In this document: one piece after another, positions 1-8,668 of the stretch
Numbering within the stretch: the first letter of the stretch is position 1
Layout of the letters: each line of letters begins with the position of its first letter
NCBI GenBank assembly: GCA_002419365.1
Contig: DIGA01000067.1
Span: forward strand, 4,586 to 68,585
From: Mageeibacillus sp. UBA5734
Lineage (GTDB): Bacteria; Bacillota; Clostridia; Saccharofermentanales; UBA5734
DNA length: 64,000 bases
Direction: 5' to 3'
Notes under the pieces: model-generated
What the model was told of the DNA's origin: nothing
Seen by the model: only the letters and a program-made list of their open reading frames with translations
Databases searched by the model: none
Program-made: the position numbers and the translations under genes

Positions 1-174
1 CAGTTTTTTCAAAGCCTCGATGGCTGCTGTCAGTTCCATCCGGTTATTGGTGGTGGCCGCTTCCCCCCCGGATATTTCCTTTTCGACTCCCCCGGCGATC
101 AGGATCGCTGCCCAGCCGCCGGGTCCAGGATTGCCGGAGCAGGCACCATCGGTGTAGATCTCAACCTGCGGCAT
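1..174 (-). CDS. rnhA: Ribonuclease HI, N-terminal 58 codons (gene runs off the left edge)
   Basis: Own translation from ATG at 174-172 gives [58 protein letters not shown]. This is the RNase HI N-terminal signature (EIxTDGxCxGNPGPGG ... TTNNRMEL). It is absent from the ORF track because it is truncated. Confidence 0.85.
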   Translation of the reverse strand, partial: MPQVEIYTDGACSGNPGPGGWAAILIAGGVEKEISGGEAATTNNRMELTAAIEALKKL

Positions 175-176
175 GC

Positions 177-986
177 TCAAGCTTTCGGTCCCCGGCCCAG
201 TTCACGTGAACGCTCGGTCGCGGCGGTGACCGCCTCGATCAGACTCGAACGCAGGCCGTTTTTCTCCAGGGTCGCAACCGCTTCGATCGTGGTACCACCC
301 GGAGAACAGACCTGGTCCTTGAGCACCCCTGGATGCTTGCCCGTAGCCAGCACCAGCTTGGCTGAGCCATAGACCGTCTGGGCAGCCATTTGCAGGGCCA
401 TGTCGCGCGGCAAACCCATGCGCACACCACCATCGGCCAGCGCTTCGATCATCAGCATGACGTAGGCGGGTCCGCTGCCAGACAGGCCTGTCACCGCGTC
501 CATCGCTGTTTCCGGCACTTTGAAGACGAGACCACTGGATTCTAAAAGATTCATGGTCCAGGCTTGCAGTTCTTCACTGGCCTGGTCGAAACAGGCTGCG
601 CTGACGCCGCTGTGGACCATGGCCGGCGTATTCGGCATAACCCTGGCCAGGGCGACGGATGGGCCAGCCCAGCTGCGCAGCTGAGTCAGTGTGACGCCGG
701 CAGCGATCGATATGAGGAGTGCGTCTGCCCTCAAGTCCCCAGCCAGATCCTCCAGAACGATTTTCATGACTTGTGGTTTGACAGCCAGAAGCACCGCATC
801 TGCGGCGTTTACGGCTTCCCGGCCGGAAAGAGCCACCTCACAGCCAAATGTCTCAGCCAATGCCTGGGCCTTTTCGGCCTGGGCATCATACAAAACAACC
901 GAATCGGCAGGAATGGCCGCCTGGCTGATCATGGCATGGACCAAGGCCTGGCCCATCTGTCCGGTACCGATGACTGCTAATTTCAT
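177..986 (-). CDS. proC: Pyrroline-5-carboxylate reductase
   Basis: 269-aa ORF with an N-terminal Rossmann motif ([11 protein letters not shown]) and the C-terminal P5CR motif ([12 protein letters not shown]). SD AGGAGG lies upstream of the ATG at 986. Confidence 0.93.
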   Translation of the reverse strand: MKLAVIGTGQMGQALVHAMISQAAIPADSVVLYDAQAEKAQALAETFGCEVALSGREAVNAADAVLLAVKPQVMKIVLEDLAGDLRADALLISIAAGVTLTQLRSWAGPSVALARVMPNTPAMVHSGVSAACFDQASEELQAWTMNLLESSGLVFKVPETAMDAVTGLSGSGPAYVMLMIEALADGGVRMGLPRDMALQMAAQTVYGSAKLVLATGKHPGVLKDQVCSPGGTTIEAVATLEKNGLRSSLIEAVTAATERSRELGRGPKA

Positions 987-1048
987 AGGAGATCCTCCTG
1001 TTTTTTGACATCACATCAAGACCCGCTTTTGTGAGCGGTAACAGCCAA

Positions 1049-1078
1049 ATGATACCATTCATCCACATGGAGTGGCAA
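1049..1078 (-). promoter_or_regulatory. Candidate sigma-70 promoter for proC
   Basis: On the minus strand: TTGCCA (1078-1073), 18 nt spacer, TATCAT (1054-1049). It sits about 60 nt upstream of the proC ATG. Confidence 0.3.
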
Positions 1079-1268
1079 TAAAGACCCTATGCCATCGAAC
1101 GGGCAGCGACCCGCAAAATTGTGCATCTCGGAGTCCCTGAATTGGCTCTTGATCTAATTCCGTGAAAAGTGGTGCAGAAATATGGTATGTGACCACCCTT
1201 CGCGCGACCCACTTGTTTTTTAATAAACATTTCACGGTAATAAGCAAAGAACTCCTGATTTTTCCAGA

Positions 1269-1297
1269 TTGACAGCATCCGGCGGCAATGCTATGAT
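1269..1297 (+). promoter_or_regulatory. Sigma-70 promoter for tRNA-Trp
   Basis: TTGACA (1269-1274), 17 nt spacer, TATGAT (1292-1297). It ends 13 nt before the tRNA 5' end. Confidence 0.5.
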
Positions 1298-1310
1298 TGT
1301 CTTCGCGCTT

Positions 1311-1385
1311 AGGGGAGTGGCTCAACGGTAGAGCAGCGGTCTCCAAAACCGCGGGTTGCGTGTTCGAATCGCGTCTCCCCTGCCA
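1311..1385 (+). tRNA. tRNA-Trp (anticodon CCA), encoded CCA end
   Basis: Hand-folded cloverleaf. Acceptor AGGGGAG/CTCCCCT, D arm GCTC..GAGC, anticodon stem GCGGT/ACCGC with loop CTCCAAA, T loop TTCGAAT, discriminator G followed by CCA. Confidence 0.9.
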
Positions 1386-1388
1386 AGT
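1341..1388 (+). repeat. Direct repeat copy 1 (attL-like): 3' part of tRNA-Trp from the anticodon loop through CCA plus 3 nt
   Basis: The 48 bp CTCCAAAACCGCGGGTTGCGTGTTCGAATCGCGTCTCCCCTGCCAAGT are identical to 8560-8607. Imperfect similarity continues about 10 nt further. Confidence 0.9.
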
Positions 1389-1393
1389 ATAAA

Positions 1394-1442
1394 ACCCGGA
1401 AATGCCTGCGGCTGTAGGCTCTCCGGGTTTTTATTTTAATCA
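1394..1442 (+). terminator. Intrinsic terminator after tRNA-Trp
   Basis: Stem ACCCGGA (1394-1400) pairs with TCCGGGT (1432-1438), followed by a T-run. Confidence 0.55.
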
Positions 1443-1473
1443 TATATCTATTAATCGGTATATCAATATGCAC

Positions 1474-1498
1474 TTTAGTGGCCATTTGGTGGCCATTT
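1474..1498 (+). repeat. Island-arm repeat, left copy (tandem GTGGCCATTT units)
   Basis: TTTAGTGGCCATTTGGTGGCCATTT closely matches 8421-8444 (TTTAGTGGCCATTTAGTGGCCATT) in the same orientation. It is followed by ATTACAACAGAGCA (1502-1515), which matches ATTACAGCAGAGCA at 8502-8515. Confidence 0.8.
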
Positions 1499-1734
1499 AC
1501 TATTACAACAGAGCATGATAGATGAAGTCATCCTGCGGTTTTGATCATAATGGAGCAATACGAAATATATCACTACGAATGCTCCTGTTTCTTAATATTA
1601 CCGGCATTGAATCCTCCATCCGTTGCGGCGGAAACTGTTTCGACGGTTTGAAAAGAGCTGGTTTAGTTATTTACGATCGTGGCTAATCGCATGATGCAAG
1701 CAATGCACCAGAATGCAGCTTATCGATATTTGAA

Positions 1735-4719
1735 TCAACCGTACTGATTATTTTGATTAAACGTCCGATATACCTCCATCGCCAGCAGATCAATTATCTT
1801 ACTGCGGAAGTCGTCCTCGGTCAGGATCCGGGTGTAAAACGCCTGGTTCTTGTCAAATTCCTTGATCACATTTTCCGTGAAGGCGGGTTCGAAGGCCAGC
1901 CGGAAGGTCTCGAGCGGATTGGCGCGTGCTTTCACTTCGAGGCTCTTATCCAGTTTGAGGCTGGTGACGATCTGCTCGACGGCCAGCCGTTCGGTGTCGG
2001 CAAACTCGGTGCCGTACCGTTGATTGAGCCGGTCGATAATCACACTCAGGGGATCTTTCTCCGGCTGCTGCGGGGGTCCTCCCTCAGCGATATTGATGAC
2101 GACACCCTCGGATGCTCCATACTCGCCAGACCGCAATGAGTCCTTATCCAGCTTGTAATACTGCAGGACAACCTTGTCGGTCAGATCAATCGGTTTGGGA
2201 TCCTCAACTTCGAGCTTTTTCAGCAGGAAGCGTAGGAAGATCTGCAGGCGATGCAGCTCGGTATCGACAAACGGCGCGACCTGGATGATCAGGTTGTAGA
2301 AATTGATGAAGTGATTGATCAGGCTTCTGAATTCGATCAGCTCATCACGGGTGAAGTCCTTGGTCCGTTTGACGGCGTTATCGACGCAGTTGTTCATGAT
2401 GCTCTGGTCCTGAGTCGTCGGCTGGACCTTGTAAAAGAGATTGGAGAACAGCATGACATCCGCCGGATCGACCACATGCTTGTCGCCGATCACTGCCTGT
2501 AGCTTGTAAATGTCGTTCGGCGAGATGTCCTTGGTCAGCATCGTGGTCCGGTAGAACGGCGCGAAGGATTCCTGGATGTCCTCGATCGTGTTGACGAAAT
2601 CAAGGACGAAGGTGTCTTCCTTGCCGGGCATGGTCCGGTTGAGCCGGGACAAGGTCTGAACCGCCTTCACACCGGACAACTTCTTATCCACGTACATGGT
2701 ATGGAGTTTCGGCTGGTCAAAACCGGTCTGGTATTTGTTGGCTACGATCAGGATACGATGGTCATCCTTGTCGAATTCCGCAGGTAGCTGAGTCTCGGCC
2801 ACACCTTTGTTCATCGATGACTCGCGGTATTCCTTGTCCGTCTCCTTGTCCTTCAAAGAGCCGGAGAAGGCGACCAATGTTTTCAGGTCGGTGTATCCAT
2901 GTTCCTTGATGTAGGCATCGAAGGCCAGCTTGTAGCGCACGGCATGCAAACGCGAGGTCGTAATCAGCATCGCCTTAGCCTGGCCACCGATCTTCTTCAT
3001 CGTGTGACGCCGGAAATGCTCGATGATAATCTCCGTCTTCTGGGCGATGTTGTGCGGATGCAGGCTGACGAAGCGGACGATCGACCGGGTGGCCTTAGTC
3101 TTGTCAAACTCGGGGTCGTCCTCGATTTTCTTGTTGACGTTGTAATACATTTTATAAGTCAGGTACTGTTTCAGGACATCGAGGATGAAGCCTTCCTCGA
3201 TCGCCTGGCGCATGCTGTAGACATGGAAAGGCCAATACTGACCGGATTCATCCGGTCGGCCAAACAAGCGCAAAGTCGTGCCCTTGGGCGTGGCAGTGAA
3301 GGCGAAAAAGCTTAGCTGGCTGGTGTCGGTGAATTGCTGCAGTTCTTCGTTGATCTTGTCTTCAACGTCCTGCTCCCTGGCCTCTTCCTGGCTGGCGATC
3401 TCGGCTGCTTCATCGAGGGTCAGTGACTCGCGCAGGGCAACCATGCTTTGGCCGGAAGTCGAGGAGTGCGCCTCATCAATGACAATGGCATAGCGCTTGC
3501 CCTTGGTCGCGGACAGGAGCGATAGGATGTAGCGGAACTTCTGGATCGTGCTGATGATGATCTTGGTGCCCTTTTCGATTTCGGCAGCCAATTGAGCTGA
3601 ATCGGTGTCGATCTTGGCAACAACACCAACCTTGTGCTCAATCTGGTAGATGGCAGTTTGCAGTTGCTGGTCAAGGACTTTGCGGTCAGTGACGACAATG
3701 ACGCCGTTGAAGATGACCTGGTCGGATGCATCATGGAGTGAGGCCAGGCGATGGGTCAGCCAGGTGATCGTATTTGTCTTCCCGGAACCTGCAGAATGCT
3801 GGATCAGGTAGCGCTGGCCGCAGCCTTCCTGGCGAGTGGCTTGCAGGACGGTGCGTACGGCATCGAGCTGGTGGTAGCGCGGGAAGATGATGCGCTCCTT
3901 CTTGCGGATCTCGCCATTGGCATTAGTTTCCTCTTTTTGTTCGACATAGGTGAAGTTCTGCAGGATTTCCAACAGCAGATCCTTGGCCAGTACTTGTTCC
4001 CAAATGTAGTGAGTCTTCAGCTTGCCGGGCACATCTGGATTGCCAGCGCTGTCGCCGTTGCCGCGGTTGAATGGCAGGAACGTAGTCTGCGGCCCGCTCA
4101 ACCGAGTGGTCATATACGCTTCATCGGTGTCCATCGCGAAGTTGACGACCACACGCTGCTTGAACATGAAGAGTTTCTCATTGCCGCTGCGTTCGTTCTT
4201 GTATTGGGCGATCGCGTTGCGCCAAGTTTGGCCGGTGAAGGCATTTTTCAGCTCAAAGGTGATGACTGGCAGGCCATTGAGGAAAATGACCAGGTCGATT
4301 CGCTTCTCATCGGAGTAATTGAGTTCCTCGGTGACTGAGAGGATGTTCTGGCTGTAGAGCAATGCCTGGTCGGGATTCATGCCGGATGCCGGTTTGAAGT
4401 AGGCCAGGTCGAGCTTGATGCCGTAGTCCTTGATACCGTGTTTCAAGACATCGAGGGTACCCCGGCTTCGTAGGTTGATGTCGAGGTTGGCCTGGACTTT
4501 GCTGCGGTAATTGTCCTTATAGATATCTTTCAGCCGGGCTGTTGATTTGCTCTGGGTGGTTTCCAGGAAATCGAACAGGCAGTCGACATTGAGCGCCAGT
4601 TCCTTATGATAGGAATGATTGGTCGATGCGCGGTAGCCATGCTGCTCAACCAGGTAGGATTTGATCAGGCTCTGGAAGGATCGTTCCTTCAGGATATCCG
4701 GGGTGATGGACGTGATCAT
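1735..4719 (-). CDS. hsdR: Type I restriction enzyme, R subunit
   Basis: 994 aa with a PD-(D/E)xK-like nuclease motif (DLVIFLNGLPVITFELK), Walker A (SAGSGKTNT) and a DEAH box (VIDEAHSS). SD GGGAGG is present. The ATGA start overlaps the hsdS stop. Confidence 0.92.
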   Translation of the reverse strand: MITSITPDILKERSFQSLIKSYLVEQHGYRASTNHSYHKELALNVDCLFDFLETTQSKSTARLKDIYKDNYRSKVQANLDINLRSRGTLDVLKHGIKDYGIKLDLAYFKPASGMNPDQALLYSQNILSVTEELNYSDEKRIDLVIFLNGLPVITFELKNAFTGQTWRNAIAQYKNERSGNEKLFMFKQRVVVNFAMDTDEAYMTTRLSGPQTTFLPFNRGNGDSAGNPDVPGKLKTHYIWEQVLAKDLLLEILQNFTYVEQKEETNANGEIRKKERIIFPRYHQLDAVRTVLQATRQEGCGQRYLIQHSAGSGKTNTITWLTHRLASLHDASDQVIFNGVIVVTDRKVLDQQLQTAIYQIEHKVGVVAKIDTDSAQLAAEIEKGTKIIISTIQKFRYILSLLSATKGKRYAIVIDEAHSSTSGQSMVALRESLTLDEAAEIASQEEAREQDVEDKINEELQQFTDTSQLSFFAFTATPKGTTLRLFGRPDESGQYWPFHVYSMRQAIEEGFILDVLKQYLTYKMYYNVNKKIEDDPEFDKTKATRSIVRFVSLHPHNIAQKTEIIIEHFRRHTMKKIGGQAKAMLITTSRLHAVRYKLAFDAYIKEHGYTDLKTLVAFSGSLKDKETDKEYRESSMNKGVAETQLPAEFDKDDHRILIVANKYQTGFDQPKLHTMYVDKKLSGVKAVQTLSRLNRTMPGKEDTFVLDFVNTIEDIQESFAPFYRTTMLTKDISPNDIYKLQAVIGDKHVVDPADVMLFSNLFYKVQPTTQDQSIMNNCVDNAVKRTKDFTRDELIEFRSLINHFINFYNLIIQVAPFVDTELHRLQIFLRFLLKKLEVEDPKPIDLTDKVVLQYYKLDKDSLRSGEYGASEGVVINIAEGGPPQQPEKDPLSVIIDRLNQRYGTEFADTERLAVEQIVTSLKLDKSLEVKARANPLETFRLAFEPAFTENVIKEFDKNQAFYTRILTEDDFRSKIIDLLAMEVYRTFNQNNQYG

Positions 4720-6107
4720 GAGGCACCTCCCTGCTCGATGATCTCCCAGTCGCGCAGGTCGATCTTGCCTGTTACTGCTTCGGTGATGAGGGATTGCTTG
4801 GCGGATTTGAGGAGAGAGATTTGGTAAAGATTTCTGTTGATTTGATTGTTGATTATTCCCAATTTGCGATCACTTATTTCAACAATTTCAAATTGTTCAA
4901 TGATTGGTGGTGCGCACATTTTTAGCTCATTCAGTGATCCGAGTGTTAATGCTGGTTGTGCAGAGCCATTCACTATGAAATGGATAGCACCTTGAAAACG
5001 AAGAGCTAATAGTGAGTATTGAATATATTTATTACTATATTGCTCCGCGACAGATAATTTCAGTGAGTTGCCTGAAACTACTGATGGTTTATCAAGTTTT
5101 GGCAAAATACCTGACATACCGAAATTTGCCCCGATTTTTGCAATTACTATGTCGCCTTCTGTGCAAGAACTCCTTTTAATTGTATTGAAATGGCTATTTG
5201 TAATTGTTTTAAAATCTTTATTCAAGAATTCACCAGTTGAAATAAAGCCGCTCTCAACAATATAAACATCACCGTCATCAACATAGTGTTCAGATTTAAG
5301 ATTTGACCCGAATGGTCCATCAACAAATGAATTTCGTTTCGAAGATTTTATATACTTTATCTTTTTCGCATTCCACTCCTTCGGAATCATTCCCAGCCAC
5401 TCAACGCCGCTGTTCTTCATCTCTTCCGGCTGGCGCGGCACAAGCTGACCATCGACGATCTTGACCTTGCCGGTCACGACCTCGGAGATCAGGGATTTCT
5501 TGGCCTCCTCAAGCTTGGCGATCAGCTGTTCTTTCTTGGCGATGATCGAGTCGAACTGGGCACACTTGATGTTGAGGAAATTGGCGATTTTTCGCTGTTC
5601 CAATATCGTTGGATAGGTTAGTATAGTATCTCCAAATTCTGCGTACCTAAAATCAGTTGATCTTTCGCGAATCCCCTTAGCTAAACTCAAAATGTAGTTC
5701 TTCTGCGCCATATCTTTCAGAAGATAACCATAATATGCTTGTTCTACTGGTTTAAATGGACTGCATACGGAATATACTGGAGAACATTTCCCTGTGCTCT
5801 CAGAGATACCCATGGCACCTGCAAATGCATCCATGGCACTAATTACAAGGTCACCTTTTAAAACCCTCTGGTAGCCAATTTCTTTAATTGCAAACGTAAA
5901 TCCTTCAGTACGTCTATTTTCTCTAAGTGTAACTTGACCATCACGAAATGCTGTAACTACCATATCATCTGGTTGAACGGGTCGATTTTCTTTCTTCCAA
6001 ATGTACTTAGCCCGATAGACTTTCCAATCTAGCGGAACAAGTCTTCCCAGCCACTGGATCCCACTGTCCTTCATTTCATCGGCAGAGCGATACTTGATCC
6101 CGTCCAT
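4716..6107 (-). CDS. hsdS: Type I R-M specificity subunit with two target-recognition domains
   Basis: 463 aa with two variable halves. Each is followed by a conserved coiled region (..AKKSLISEVVTGKVKI.. and ..AKQSLITEAVTGKIDL..). It overlaps hsdM (TGATG) and hsdR (ATGA). Confidence 0.9.
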   Translation of the reverse strand: MDGIKYRSADEMKDSGIQWLGRLVPLDWKVYRAKYIWKKENRPVQPDDMVVTAFRDGQVTLRENRRTEGFTFAIKEIGYQRVLKGDLVISAMDAFAGAMGISESTGKCSPVYSVCSPFKPVEQAYYGYLLKDMAQKNYILSLAKGIRERSTDFRYAEFGDTILTYPTILEQRKIANFLNIKCAQFDSIIAKKEQLIAKLEEAKKSLISEVVTGKVKIVDGQLVPRQPEEMKNSGVEWLGMIPKEWNAKKIKYIKSSKRNSFVDGPFGSNLKSEHYVDDGDVYIVESGFISTGEFLNKDFKTITNSHFNTIKRSSCTEGDIVIAKIGANFGMSGILPKLDKPSVVSGNSLKLSVAEQYSNKYIQYSLLALRFQGAIHFIVNGSAQPALTLGSLNELKMCAPPIIEQFEIVEISDRKLGIINNQINRNLYQISLLKSAKQSLITEAVTGKIDLRDWEIIEQGGAS

Positions 6108-8194
6108 CAGCCGATCACCTGCCTGATCTCAGCCTGGATCTCTTTCTCCAATGCTTCAATTTCCTGCATGATCTCGGCAAATGGGCGCAACGGTTCATAC
6201 TTATAGAAATACCGGGTGAATGGGATCTCATAGCCGATCTTGGTCTTGTCGGGGTCGATCCAGAACTCCGGCACATGTGGCTGGACCTCGCGCTCGACAT
6301 AGGCCAGGATGTTGTCATTCTCCTTACGGATGTGTTGGACGGGATCGACTTCGAAGGTCGTGACATCCAATGAAAGCGGAATGGTCTCCGTATCGCGCAG
6401 GGATGTATCCGGTTCTCTATTTTTTCCTTTGAGGCAGTAATCAGCCGTTTCATCCCGTTCAGACAGGGCATTCATCATAACCTTGATCAGGTTGGCTGGC
6501 AGGTTCATGTCCTTGACCTGAGCCTTGAGATGTTTCTCAAAGGTTTCGCGGTTCTTAAAGACCCGGTTGTCTGCCAAGCGCTGCAACCGGTTGATGATCG
6601 CTTCCTGGGTGATCTTGCCAGCGTAGTAGTTCTCTAGCTGCTGCAAATCCTTCTTCTTCAGCGTCCCCTTCTCTTTCTCCAGCTCGAGCTCTGCGACCTT
6701 CTCCTCATCATAGAGGTTGGCAAAGGTCGATTCGGCATAGAGGTTCTCGATCCGCTCCGGGCTGATCTGGAAATTCAGGCGCAGCGGACGCTCGATCGTC
6801 ACCTTCAGGTAGCCGAATTCCTTGTTGTCAAAGATCTTGCAGAACTCACCTTCCTGGAATGAACCATAGATGCGGGAGATCTCGGCGATGTCCTGCTCAC
6901 CGATCTCATTGCGTTTGGACCCCAGGGACTTTCTCATTTTGTGATAGAAGCTGGTGGCATCGACCAACTGGACCTTGCCGGTGCGGATCGGTCCATTGAG
7001 GATGTTCTCATTCTTGCGGTTGGTCAGGATCCAGACATAGGTTGCAATCCCGGTGTTGTAAAACAGATCGGTCGGCAAGGCGACGATCCCCTCGAGGTAG
7101 TCGTTCTCGATGATCCAGCGCCGGATCTCGGACTCGCCGGAACCGGCATCACCAGTGAAGAGAGGCGAACCATTGAAGATGATTGCCATCCGCGAGCCTT
7201 TGGGATCCTGCATCATCTTCGAAAGCATGTGCTGCAGGAACAACAAGGAACCGTCCGAAGTGCGCGGCGTACCGGCACCAAAACGGCCATCGAAGCCGAG
7301 TTCACTGACCTCGCGGTCGATGAAGTCCTTGTCCTTCTTCCAATCAACACCGAACGGTGGATTCATCAGAGCAAAGCGGACGCGTTGACCTTTGTGTCCA
7401 TCCTGAGTGAAGGAGTTGCCGAACGCAATGTTCTTCTCCTGCTGGCCTTTGATCAGAATGTCGGATTTACAGATCGCATACGATTGGGGATTCAGTTCCT
7501 GACCGAACACTTCCACCTGTGCATCTGGGTTCATTTCCTGGATATAATTGGTCGCCACGGACAGCATGCCGCCCGTCCCGCAGGCAAAATCCCCAACAGT
7601 GAAGATGGCCCCCGGGATGAGTAGTTCGTCGTCCAGCCCATTGAAGATCAAGTTGACCATCAGGCGGATGACTTCACGCGGCGTATAGTGATCGCCGGCT
7701 TCGGCATTTTCAGAAAAGCGCCGGATCAGCTCTTCGAAGATGTAACCCATCTCCTGGTTGCTGACCACATCCGGGTGCAGATCGAGGGCAGCGAAGTCCT
7801 TGGTCACCAGGAACAGAAGATTGTTCTCATCGAGCTTTTTCAGCTGAGCATCAAACTCGAAGTATTCGATGATCTCCCGGATGTTGGCCGAGAATCCCTG
7901 GATGTAGTTGATGAAGTTGGCTTTGATGTGGTCCGGGTCATCTAAAAGTTTATTGAAGTCAAAGCGGGATTTATTGGAGAAGCTGTAGCCAGCGACGCTG
8001 TTGAGGATTGCTTCTATGTCGGTGGCCTTGGCCTTGTCGAGGACGGCCTGCTTGGTATTGGAAAGAACACAGTCGAAGCGGCGCAGGACCGCCATGGGCA
8101 GGATGACGTCACCATATTTTTCCGGCCGGTAGGGACCGCGGAGCAGTTCGGCGATTTTCCAGATGAAATTGACTTTGGAACTGAAGTTGTTCAT
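6107..8194 (-). CDS. hsdM: Type I R-M N6-adenine DNA methyltransferase subunit with a long C-terminal extension
   Basis: SAM motif DFACGTGGML and catalytic LMNPPFG are present. I prefer the ATG at 8194 (MNNFSSKVNFIW..). The ORF-track start at 8233 is a TTG. Confidence 0.9.
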   Translation of the reverse strand: MNNFSSKVNFIWKIAELLRGPYRPEKYGDVILPMAVLRRFDCVLSNTKQAVLDKAKATDIEAILNSVAGYSFSNKSRFDFNKLLDDPDHIKANFINYIQGFSANIREIIEYFEFDAQLKKLDENNLLFLVTKDFAALDLHPDVVSNQEMGYIFEELIRRFSENAEAGDHYTPREVIRLMVNLIFNGLDDELLIPGAIFTVGDFACGTGGMLSVATNYIQEMNPDAQVEVFGQELNPQSYAICKSDILIKGQQEKNIAFGNSFTQDGHKGQRVRFALMNPPFGVDWKKDKDFIDREVSELGFDGRFGAGTPRTSDGSLLFLQHMLSKMMQDPKGSRMAIIFNGSPLFTGDAGSGESEIRRWIIENDYLEGIVALPTDLFYNTGIATYVWILTNRKNENILNGPIRTGKVQLVDATSFYHKMRKSLGSKRNEIGEQDIAEISRIYGSFQEGEFCKIFDNKEFGYLKVTIERPLRLNFQISPERIENLYAESTFANLYDEEKVAELELEKEKGTLKKKDLQQLENYYAGKITQEAIINRLQRLADNRVFKNRETFEKHLKAQVKDMNLPANLIKVMMNALSERDETADYCLKGKNREPDTSLRDTETIPLSLDVTTFEVDPVQHIRKENDNILAYVEREVQPHVPEFWIDPDKTKIGYEIPFTRYFYKYEPLRPFAEIMQEIEALEKEIQAEIRQVIG

Positions 8195-8420
8195 GATGAC
8201 ACTCGCTTTCCAAATGATGTTAGACAAAATCAAACATAAATAGTATAACCATCATTTGCCGCGAATTGAACCTGTTTCTGTTTTTGCGTCTTCAAACTTG
8301 AAGAATCAGTATTATCAAGATGTATCATACGTATTTCAGTACACTTTTGGTACCATTCATGCGAGAACTTCAGAATTCATCTATAATGCAAGTGAATATT
8401 CTTTTATGGTTAGGAGCCAT

Positions 8421-8444
8421 TTTAGTGGCCATTTAGTGGCCATT
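8421..8444 (+). repeat. Island-arm repeat, right copy (tandem GTGGCCATTT units)
   Basis: TTTAGTGGCCATTTAGTGGCCATT is the counterpart of 1474-1498. A tandem GAGCACATTA/GAGCACATTG lies at 8511-8530. Confidence 0.8.
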
Positions 8445-8559
8445 CGCCAGAAAAAACGGCGACACAATAGAGAATATTAAGAAAGTTAAGCAAGGTCATA
8501 CATTACAGCAGAGCACATTAGAGCACATTGGATATAAATATATTAAATCGCCCCGCAAA

Positions 8560-8607
8560 CTCCAAAACCGCGGGTTGCGTGTTCGAATCGCGTCTCCCCT
8601 GCCAAGT
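8560..8607 (+). repeat. Direct repeat copy 2 (attR-like): orphan 3' half of tRNA-Trp
   Basis: These 48 bp are identical to 1341-1388. There is no 5' half of a tRNA upstream, so this is not a functional tRNA. Confidence 0.9.
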
Positions 8608-8613
8608 GTAAAA

Positions 8614-8646
8614 TCCTGGGACTTCATGGAAGCCCCAGGATTTTTA
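8614..8646. terminator. Bidirectional intrinsic terminator (ancestral tRNA-Trp terminator and metY terminator)
   Basis: Stem TCCTGGG (8614-8620) pairs with CCCAGGA (8634-8640). It is flanked by an A-run on one side and a T-run on the other. Confidence 0.55.
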
Positions 8647-8668
8647 TTTATCTTGGCAGTTTTTTGGC

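Larger units (their letters stand above)
1341..8607. mobile_element. tRNA-Trp-associated genomic island (about 7.2 kb) carrying a type I R-M operon; no integrase present
   Basis: It is bounded by perfect 48-bp direct repeats of the tRNA 3' half. The interior looks lower in GC than the flanks. The cargo is hsdR-hsdS-hsdM plus two roughly 330-bp AT-rich non-coding arms that carry shared repeats. Confidence 0.6.

Noticed and set aside
1079-1268. About 190 bp of unexplained non-coding DNA between the proC promoter and the tRNA-Trp promoter. I considered a proline T-box leader (a GGGTGGT-like element around 1191-1200 on the minus strand) or a 6S-like RNA (GATACCAT at 1051-1058 is complementary to ATGGTATG near 1183-1190).
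   Set aside because: The T-box-like heptamer is at the wrong end of the putative leader. There is no specifier loop, GA motif or terminator/antiterminator pair. The long-range complementarity is only 7-8 nt and one partner lies inside the proC promoter. It cannot be supported without covariance-model searches.
4716-8233. Possibility of a phase-variable (shufflon-type) type I system.
   Set aside because: There is only one hsdS. There are no silent hsdS' copies, no inverted repeats within the TRD boundaries, no adjacent recombinase, and no simple-sequence tract in hsdM or hsdS.
8256-8480. 74-aa plus-strand ORF in the right arm of the island; I considered it as a possible excisionase or small regulator.
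   Set aside because: It spans the GTGGCCATTT repeats, has no SD or helix-turn-helix pattern, and lies in AT-rich DNA where short ORFs arise by chance.
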